From an uncultured Verrucomicrobiales bacterium (GTDB taxonomy: Bacteria > Verrucomicrobiota > Verrucomicrobiia > Verrucomicrobiales > Akkermansiaceae), in contig CALKLP010000112.1 in assembly GCA_937991965.1 (NCBI GenBank), positions 3,608 to 67,607 on the forward strand: a DNA stretch of 64,000 nt. Direction: 5' to 3'. Under the pieces are notes generated by a model. It saw only the letters and a program-made list of their open reading frames with translations, was not told the DNA's origin and did no database searches. Within the stretch, counting starts at the first letter, position 1. Each line of letters opens with the position of its first letter. The translations under genes and the position numbers were made by a program. Shown piece after piece: positions 46,385 through 53,456 of this stretch.

Positions 46385-46536
46385 GTGCTGTAAGGATGCG
46401 CTGAGCAAGTCACTTTCTAAGCCGAGGCTCTTGCTTGGTGCAACAGGGATTACAGAATCTACTGTCGCGTGAGATGGAAGGGGGCATCTCGGAGATGGCT
46501 TGGCAGAATGCCAAGACTTCTTTCTTTGTGGCGCTC

Positions 46537-47781
46537 TTAGATGATCATCCCGGCGGCCACGGTTTCATTCGTTCCAGGGTCGACCAGAATGAAGGAGCCT
46601 GTGTTACGGTTGCGACGGTAGGAGTCGTGAATGAGTGGAGCTGCTGTTCGGAGTGAGATTCGGCCGATGTCATTCATTTCGAAGGTTTCGACATCCTCGA
46701 TTTTAGAAATAGTGTTGATATCTACCTTATACTTGATCTCTTGCAGGATGGCCTTCGTCTCATGTGAGGTATGCTTAACGAGCAGCTTTTGACGGAGCTT
46801 CATTGGGGTCTTGGAGAACCAGCAGATGCGGGCTTCAATGTCTTGCTCTACTTTTGGCTGGTTGCCGGGCTTAGCGATCATGTCACCACGAGAAATGTCG
46901 ATTTCGTCCTCTAGGGTCATGACCACCGATTGCGGTGCGAAGGCTTGTTCTAGCTCTTCTTCTCCACAGTGAATAGATTTAACCTTAGATTTGAAGCCGC
47001 TAGGCATAACGGTGATGTCGTCTCCTTTCTTAAAAACTCCGCCAGCGACACGTCCTGAGAATCCACGGAAGTCAGGGAATTTGTCTGATTGAGGGCGAAT
47101 AACCCACTGCACTGGGAAGCGGGCATCAACATGGTTTTCTTCACCACCAACATATACATTTTCCAAGTGGTTTAGGAAAGTTGGCCCTTGATACCAATCC
47201 GTGTGTTCCGACTTATCCACAACATTGTCCCCGAGAAGAGCTGAAATTGGAATTGGTTGGATCGATACGATGTTACCGAGGCGCGAGGCGAATGACTGGT
47301 ATTCTTCGACGATTTCCTTAAAGCGCTCTTCTGAGAAATCAACGAGGTCCATCTTGTTAACCGCAAGGATAACGTGTTGGATCTTCAGAAGGTCGGCGAT
47401 GAAGGAGTGACGCTTCGTCTGCTCAATGACACCGGTGCGGGCATCAACAAGGATGATCGCTAGGTCCGCGGTCGAGGCTCCTGTGACCATATTACGCGTG
47501 TATTGAATGTGCCCTGGGGTGTCCGCAATAATGAACTTACGATTTGGGGTGGCAAAATAGCGGTAAGCTACGTCGATCGTGATCCCTTGCTCCCTCTCGG
47601 CTTTGAGTCCATCTGTAAGGAGAGCGAGGTTGATATTTTCGTCGCCCTTTTTCTTTGAGCTGGTTTCGACCGCTTCCATTTGGTCTTCGAAAATGCTTTT
47701 GGAATCATAGAGAAGTCTTCCGATGAGAGTGGATTTTCCGTCATCTACGGAGCCAGCGGTGGTGAATCTGAGTAAGTCCAT
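46537..47781 (-). CDS. cysN: sulfate adenylyltransferase subunit 1 (GTPase), no fused APS kinase
   Basis: 414 aa. GSVDDGKSTLIGRLL, DTPGH and NKMD G-motifs. Confidence 0.92.
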   Translation of the reverse strand: MDLLRFTTAGSVDDGKSTLIGRLLYDSKSIFEDQMEAVETSSKKKGDENINLALLTDGLKAEREQGITIDVAYRYFATPNRKFIIADTPGHIQYTRNMVTGASTADLAIILVDARTGVIEQTKRHSFIADLLKIQHVILAVNKMDLVDFSEERFKEIVEEYQSFASRLGNIVSIQPIPISALLGDNVVDKSEHTDWYQGPTFLNHLENVYVGGEENHVDARFPVQWVIRPQSDKFPDFRGFSGRVAGGVFKKGDDITVMPSGFKSKVKSIHCGEEELEQAFAPQSVVMTLEDEIDISRGDMIAKPGNQPKVEQDIEARICWFSKTPMKLRQKLLVKHTSHETKAILQEIKYKVDINTISKIEDVETFEMNDIGRISLRTAAPLIHDSYRRNRNTGSFILVDPGTNETVAAGMII

Positions 47782-47892
47782 GGTAGTAAAGTGTGTTTGG
47801 TTTATTGGGTAAGAGCTTAGGGGGTATAGATAGTCCTAAGCTGGGTGTAATTGGTCTCTTTTAATCTGCTGTTAGAGTAGTTGAAATACTGA

Positions 47893-48795
47893 TTAAAAGT
47901 ATCCTTCTTTCTTACGGTCTTCCATCGCAGTTTCAGAGCGTTTGTCATCGGCGCGGTTTCCACGCTCGGTTTGACGTGCTGCTGCCACTTCTTCGATTAC
48001 GCCGTCGATGTCGTCAGCGTCGGACTCAAAACATCCGGTGATGGTGGCATCACCCATGGTGCGGAAGCGAATCTTACGTCGAACCACTTCTTCCCCTTCA
48101 CGAGGTTGTACGTGCTCACAAACGGCGAGGATAGAGCCATTACGAATAAGGGTATCGCGCTCGTGGGCATAATACATGGATGGGAGCTCGATATTTTCCT
48201 TTTTGATATACATCCAAATGTCCATTTCGGTGAAGTTGGAGATTGGAAAAACACGGAAGTGTTCTCCTTGGTGCTTATTGCCATTAAAGATGTTCCAGAG
48301 CTCAGGGCGTTGGTTCTTAGGGTCCCATACGCCGAAGTCATCACGGTGCGAGAAGAAGCGTTCCTTGGCACGGGCTTTCTCCTCGTCACGACGTCCACCA
48401 CCAAGACAGGCGTCAAATTGGTGTTCCTCGATGGTGTCAAGGAGCGTAGTAGTCTGGAGCTTGTTACGTGAGGCATTTGCGCCTTTTTCTTCAACCACGC
48501 GGCCGTCATCGATCGACTTCTGAACGGAGCCCACGATGAGTTCAGCGTTGATATCTTTCACGAACTTGTCGCGGAAATCAATGGTGTTTTGGAAGTTATG
48601 TCCTGTGTCAACGTGGACAAGTGGGAAGGGGAGACGTGATGGGTAAAAGGCTTTGTAGGCGATGTGAGCCATGACGATGGAGTCTTTTCCTCCCGAGAAG
48701 AGCAAAGCAGGGTTCTCAAACTGTGCCGCGGTCTCGCGCAGCACGAACATAGCTTCAGCTTCGATTTCTGCTAAGTGGTCTAGCGTGTAGTTCAT
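47893..48795 (-). CDS. cysD: sulfate adenylyltransferase subunit 2
   Basis: PP-loop FSGGKDS and C-terminal MEDRKKEGYF. Start set at ATG 48795 (MNYTLDHL), forming an ATGA overlap with the cysC stop. Confidence 0.92.
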   Translation of the reverse strand: MNYTLDHLAEIEAEAMFVLRETAAQFENPALLFSGGKDSIVMAHIAYKAFYPSRLPFPLVHVDTGHNFQNTIDFRDKFVKDINAELIVGSVQKSIDDGRVVEEKGANASRNKLQTTTLLDTIEEHQFDACLGGGRRDEEKARAKERFFSHRDDFGVWDPKNQRPELWNIFNGNKHQGEHFRVFPISNFTEMDIWMYIKKENIELPSMYYAHERDTLIRNGSILAVCEHVQPREGEEVVRRKIRFRTMGDATITGCFESDADDIDGVIEEVAAARQTERGNRADDKRSETAMEDRKKEGYF

Positions 48796-49391
48796 AAATT
48801 CTGTTGGTTTTGGATAAAGGTGTTTAACGTGCTTACACACTGTTCTAATGAAAATTGCTCGGTGTCGAGTCTCAATTCTGGGCTCGCTGGCACTTCAAAG
48901 CCACTGTCTTTCCCGGTGAAGTTTTTAACCTCACCGGCGGCAGCCTTGGCGTAGAGTCCTTTGACATCGCGTTGCGCGCAGGTCTCAAAGCTGGCGTGAA
49001 CGTAGATTTCATGAAAGTCTGCGCCTACAATCTCGCGAGCCATGTCGCGGAGAGCTTGCTTGGGAGTGATCACGGAAACAAAGGTAATTATGCCCTGGGA
49101 GGCAAACAATTTAGCGACTTCAGAGGCGCGACGCACATTTTCGAGGCGGTCTTCATCGGTGAAGGAGAGATTGTTGTTTACACCCGTTCGGAGGTTGTCT
49201 CCATCAAGAATTGTGGTCATTCTCCCTTGTTCATGAAGTTGGCGCTCGATAGCGTTGGCGATCGTGGACTTTCCTGATCCCGAGAGTCCATACATCCAGT
49301 AAACTGCTCCTTTTTGGCTCAATAAGGTCTCTTTTTCCTCGCGCTTTAGGAAGCGAGAAAACTCGGGGTGGATGTCGTTTTGGATGCTCAT
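48792..49391 (-). CDS. cysC: adenylyl-sulfate (APS) kinase
   Basis: 199 aa. P-loop GLSGSGKSTIA and LDGDNLR. Confidence 0.92.
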   Translation of the reverse strand: MSIQNDIHPEFSRFLKREEKETLLSQKGAVYWMYGLSGSGKSTIANAIERQLHEQGRMTTILDGDNLRTGVNNNLSFTDEDRLENVRRASEVAKLFASQGIITFVSVITPKQALRDMAREIVGADFHEIYVHASFETCAQRDVKGLYAKAAAGEVKNFTGKDSGFEVPASPELRLDTEQFSLEQCVSTLNTFIQNQQNL

Positions 49392-49405
49392 GAGGGAGAT
49401 TGTTC

Positions 49406-50206
49406 CTATTTGATAGACGGGGGATTACTTCTATACTTTACTAATTGACCTAGGATAGAAAAGATAAATTTAGTATTGTTGATGGCGTAACGCTTCCAGA
49501 GGCGGCGAGGTTCTTTGTATACTCGATAGAGCCACTCAAATCCTGAGCGTTGGATGATGCTTGGGGCCTGCCCGACACGGCCTGAAATGAAGTCGAAGGC
49601 GGCGCCAACTCCTAACATGGTGAATCCCTGATTCCAATCTTTGTTTAGGTCAGGGTGTTTGCGAAGAAATTCGTTCATGAAGCACTCTTGCTTCGGGGTA
49701 CTGAGGCCGACCCAGAGAAAGTGTGGGCGGCATTGGCAAAGGTCAGAGAGTAGAGCTTCTTCCTCTTTTGGATTTAAGGGGCGGAACGGCGGGGTGTAAG
49801 TGCCAACGATCTTGGCGTTTGGGTATTTGAGAAGAACGCTTTGTTTTAGTTCTTCGGCGACGCCTTCATTTCCGCCGTAGAAGTAATGTGTGATTTCCTC
49901 CTCTTGCGTATCGCGGAGAAAGTCAGCCATGAGGTCAGGACCATAAACGCGCCCCATGGATTCGTATCCATAAGCTTTTCCGAGCCATACCATTGGCATG
50001 CCATCGGGCGTACTCAGAAAGGAATCGTTATGGATTTGGCGAAGATCAGGGTTGTGTTGTGATTCCACTACCCCGTGGACTCCTGTTACCGTGACGTATC
50101 CACAATGCGTAGGATTTTGGGAGGCATCAAGTAGGAGTTTCTTAGCGGACTCCAGATTCAAGACAGAGATTCCTGTTCCTAAAACATTGACTCGTGGAAC
50201 AGGCAT
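49406..50206 (-). CDS. WecB/TagA/CpsF-family glycosyltransferase (GT26)
   Basis: 266 aa. LWVGLSTPKQECFM and WLYRVYKEPRRLWKRY. Confidence 0.85.
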   Translation of the reverse strand: MPVPRVNVLGTGISVLNLESAKKLLLDASQNPTHCGYVTVTGVHGVVESQHNPDLRQIHNDSFLSTPDGMPMVWLGKAYGYESMGRVYGPDLMADFLRDTQEEEITHYFYGGNEGVAEELKQSVLLKYPNAKIVGTYTPPFRPLNPKEEEALLSDLCQCRPHFLWVGLSTPKQECFMNEFLRKHPDLNKDWNQGFTMLGVGAAFDFISGRVGQAPSIIQRSGFEWLYRVYKEPRRLWKRYAINNTKFIFSILGQLVKYRSNPPSIK

Positions 50207-50214
50207 AAGAGTAA

Positions 50215-51207
50215 TTAGATAGCTACGTGCTCGCCCGCTTTACGGCGATTATATTGCTCTTTGATCCAGTGGTACGTTTTTTCCATGCCAGTGGCGAGGT
50301 CGATCTCGGGCTCCCAACCTAGGGTGCTTTTGATGAGTTCGTTATCAGAGTTTCTTCCACGGACGCCTTGTGGGGCATTGAGGTTGTAGTTACGCTTTAG
50401 CTCTACTCCTGCGATTTTTTCGACAATATTAAGAAGCTCATTAATCGTCACGAGTTCAGAACGTCCACAGTTTAAAGGATCTGTGAAGTTAGATTCCATG
50501 AGTTTGTCGATGCCTGTGATGCAGTCATCAATATACATGAAGGAGCGTGTCTGCTCACCGTCGCCCCAGATTTCGATTTCGTGGTTGCCGCTCTCAATCG
50601 CTTCGATGACCTTACGGCACATCGCAGCAGGAGCTTTTTCGCGTCCACCATCCCAAGTTCCGTTAGGGCCATAGACATTGTGGAAGCGGAAGACCTTTGA
50701 TGCATAACCGAACTCTTCCTCGAAGTTCTTGCAGAGTCGCTCGGAGAAGAGCTTTTCCCATCCGTACCCGTCTTCTGGCATTGCGGGGTAGGCATCAGAT
50801 TCTTTCAGTGCGACTACGTCCGTCTCTGTTTGACGATAATCTGGATAAACACAGGCGCTGGAGGAGTAGAAATATTTCTCTGCGCCACAGTCCTTAGCTG
50901 CCATCAGCATGTGAGTGTTGATGAGGACACTTAGCATACAAAGGGACTTATTGTTCTCGATAAAGCCCATTCCGCCCATGTTGCAAGCGAGATTGTACAC
51001 TTCATCACAGCCTTCGACGAGGGAGTAGCATGCGCTCTTGTCTTCCAAATTTACCGAGTGGTTTACGGCTTGTTCGTGGAGTTGATACCATTGATTCGTA
51101 GGCTTAATGTCAGCCACTACCACTTGGTTGCCACGCTCCAGGTGAACTCGTGCGAGTTCACCTGCGATGAATCCGCCCCCACCGGCGATTAAAACTTTCT
51201 TACTCAT
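50215..51207 (-). CDS. GDP-mannose 3,5-epimerase-like extended SDR
   Basis: 330 aa. Matches the recalled plant GME in blocks: NLACNMGGMGFI, YSSSACVYPD, LKESDAYPAMPEDGYGWEKL, RFHNVYGPNGTWDGGREKAPAAMCRK, GVRGRNSDNELIKSTLGW and YHWIKEQ. Confidence 0.85.
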   Translation of the reverse strand: MSKKVLIAGGGGFIAGELARVHLERGNQVVVADIKPTNQWYQLHEQAVNHSVNLEDKSACYSLVEGCDEVYNLACNMGGMGFIENNKSLCMLSVLINTHMLMAAKDCGAEKYFYSSSACVYPDYRQTETDVVALKESDAYPAMPEDGYGWEKLFSERLCKNFEEEFGYASKVFRFHNVYGPNGTWDGGREKAPAAMCRKVIEAIESGNHEIEIWGDGEQTRSFMYIDDCITGIDKLMESNFTDPLNCGRSELVTINELLNIVEKIAGVELKRNYNLNAPQGVRGRNSDNELIKSTLGWEPEIDLATGMEKTYHWIKEQYNRRKAGEHVAI

Positions 51208-51426
51208 GTCTGTATTAGTATTGGGGGGTAGATGCTTTAACGCTACCGCCCTTGGTCACGTTACGGAGTGTAACAACCAATATTCTTCTTCACAAAATCT
51301 GCACCAGTCGGCACATTGTCTTTAGTAACATATTCCCATAAGATGTTCACAAAAAAATGAACTTTATTTCTCGCTGATAAATCTTGAGTTTTGGAGGGGG
51401 GTGAGTTTCAGTTTCCTATCCACATA

Positions 51427-52773
51427 ATGCCGCAGTTTTCGATCAGACATCTCTTATTCCTTGCTTTCACCGTGATTGGAGGTTTTACGGCGTATTATCT
51501 GTTTCAATGGGAGCGTGAGGAGACCTTCAAGTATTTGAGTAGCTATCCAGAAGCTTATGCCCCACTTCATCAGGCGCGCCCATACCTGCTTAGTGGTCTC
51601 GCGTTACTTCCTGCCATCGCGTCATTATTTTACTGCGGCTCAGGTATTCTAGACCGCTATTTGATCCGGAAATTTTTAGGGGTGCTCTTACTAGCTCTTG
51701 TGGGATTTATTTCGATCTGGCTTCTTTTGGAGATCGAAAGTAGAACAAACACCCTCAAGCGTGCAGGATTAAACCTAGAAGAGAAGTGTATGTATTTCAT
51801 TGTTCAGCTCCCTTACATCGTCACTATGATGATGCCGTTTGTGTTGCTGATATCGTGTCTATTTACACTCAGTCAGCTCTCTAATCATCGCGAGGTGATC
51901 GGGATGATTCAAACGGGAAGAGGCTTTTTTCGGCTAGTCTCCCCTCTGATCATCTTTGGGGTGATAATTTCTTTGGGCATTTCCATTTTGAATTACCAAT
52001 GGGTCTCTTGGGGGATGATGTACAAGGACGGGATGCTAGATGCCGCGCAGCACGACACATTTACGCGAGCTAGAAACATCGTTTATGCTCATCCAGATAC
52101 TAAGAGATTTTGGTATGTAGGCTTGTTCCCAAATGATCATTTCGAAGGTGAGGCGTTGAAAAATATAGAGATTACCTTTCCGTCTGAATCTGAGATGCCA
52201 GAAAAAAGATTGAAAATCGAGGAGGCGAGTTGGGATCACAAGACAGGTCACTGGCGCTTAAAGGGGGTTCAAGAAATTCTTTTAGAAAACCAATCGATTC
52301 CGCAGATCCTCCCTAAAGTTGACGATCTTGTGGTTGAGGATTGGATCGAAACTCCATCGCAATTAATCTCCACAGGGCTCCCTGCCAATTCGTTAGGAGT
52401 TCCTCAGTTGAAAGACTCGCTGAGTTCTAAGGTCGAGGGGCATTGGATTGATCGACAGCCTTATTTGACTCAGATTCAGAGTCGCTTAGCGAAGCCCTGG
52501 ATGTGCTTAGTGGCGATTCTCTTAGCGGCTCCGCTTGGGGTTGTGTTCTCGCGGAGAGGCGCTTTTGGTGGCGTTATTACCGCGCTCGTCTTGTGCTTGT
52601 GCCTCTTCTTTTTTGATGAAGTCTTCGTGACGATGGGGGCTAGTGGCCATCTCAATCCTATTTTTGCGGCGTGGGGAGTGAACCTTATCTTTACCCTTCT
52701 GGCACTGGTTTTGATTCAGCGTCGTTTGAGTGGACAGCCCATTTTCCAGAGTATTAAAAATCTCTTTTCGTGA
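51427..52773 (+). CDS. LptF/LptG-family (YjgP/YjgQ) permease
   Basis: ILDRYLIRKFLGVLLLAL family N-terminal motif, three TM segments, a large periplasmic loop and three more TM segments. Start taken as ATG 51427; the track ORF begins at TTG 51391. Confidence 0.8.
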   Translation: MPQFSIRHLLFLAFTVIGGFTAYYLFQWEREETFKYLSSYPEAYAPLHQARPYLLSGLALLPAIASLFYCGSGILDRYLIRKFLGVLLLALVGFISIWLLLEIESRTNTLKRAGLNLEEKCMYFIVQLPYIVTMMMPFVLLISCLFTLSQLSNHREVIGMIQTGRGFFRLVSPLIIFGVIISLGISILNYQWVSWGMMYKDGMLDAAQHDTFTRARNIVYAHPDTKRFWYVGLFPNDHFEGEALKNIEITFPSESEMPEKRLKIEEASWDHKTGHWRLKGVQEILLENQSIPQILPKVDDLVVEDWIETPSQLISTGLPANSLGVPQLKDSLSSKVEGHWIDRQPYLTQIQSRLAKPWMCLVAILLAAPLGVVFSRRGAFGGVITALVLCLCLFFFDEVFVTMGASGHLNPIFAAWGVNLIFTLLALVLIQRRLSGQPIFQSIKNLFS

Positions 52774-52780
52774 AAACGGG

Positions 52781-53386
52781 TTAGCTTTTGGGCGAAAATA
52801 TGGGCGTGTTAATATGGATTATTGCCCCGAGAGCGATTAGGAGAGCTCCGTTCATCTCAAAGAGCTCTTCTGCAAACACAAAGTCGCTCTTTTCACACAG
52901 AGCACCGATAAGAAGTAAAACACACCCGATGATTACAGTGATTGAGACCACGGAGCGTAAGCAGGTTTTCATTGTTGAAACCAACGTTCCTTTGGTCTGT
53001 AAATACAGTCTAACGAGAAGGATTGCATATCCGAGACCAAAAAGGCAATCTCGGCCTAAATCAGCTCCCAAAAATTGAAAAATGGCAGGGACATCGAGTT
53101 TCTCCATGTCAACTTCTCGGACAAAAAAAAGCAGGCAGGTGACTCCAAATAAAGCAGTTAGATCTCGCTCGATTCCATTCTTTTGAAGGAGCCTGGATAA
53201 AAGCAAAATACCTGAAAAGATAAAGGCTTGGGCAGTGACCGTTTCGATAAAGCCACCTTCATTAAATAGAATTAAGCCGTTACCAAAATGCTCTAGAAGA
53301 ATGACACAATTCAAGCCTATAATGAAGATGATGGAGAGCGAAATCGTCTTCAGAGGCAGAAAGCCGTGTTGTGTATTCCGAATCAT
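52781..53386 (-). CDS. polytopic membrane protein, unknown function
   Basis: 201-aa ORF with about 6 hydrophobic segments. No motif recognised. Confidence 0.45.
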   Translation of the reverse strand: MIRNTQHGFLPLKTISLSIIFIIGLNCVILLEHFGNGLILFNEGGFIETVTAQAFIFSGILLLSRLLQKNGIERDLTALFGVTCLLFFVREVDMEKLDVPAIFQFLGADLGRDCLFGLGYAILLVRLYLQTKGTLVSTMKTCLRSVVSITVIIGCVLLLIGALCEKSDFVFAEELFEMNGALLIALGAIIHINTPIFSPKS

Positions 53387-53456
53387 ATCAGGAGGAAGAA
53401 TTAATCTCGTAATAGAATAGGTAAAGCTTCGATTCGGGATAATGCATGATTACTGC

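Noticed and set aside
46499-46515. 7-bp hairpin CTTGGCA-GAA-TGCCAAG between cysN and the DegT gene.
   Set aside because: The T-rich tract is on the plus-strand side only. On the coding (minus) strand it lacks a U-run. It may be an mRNA processing or stability element, but there is no evidence for this.
47815-47841. 7-bp hairpin GCTTAGG-N13-CCTAAGC in the cysD-cysN spacer, considered as a terminator or attenuator.
   Set aside because: There is no adjacent U-tract on the transcribed strand, and cysN must be expressed together with cysD. It is noted under the PAPS finding but not called as a feature.
48796-48840. Upstream extension of cysD (MCKHVKHLYPKPTEF...). Similar extensions occur at 3878..3928 (acyltransferase), 263..304 (kdsB), 51391..51426 (lptF/G-like) and 46385..46408 (DegT).
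   Set aside because: These extensions overlap the preceding gene or precede the conserved family N-terminus. The internal ATG gives classical ATGA coupling or a family-typical start. The DegT and LptF/G starts remain genuinely ambiguous.
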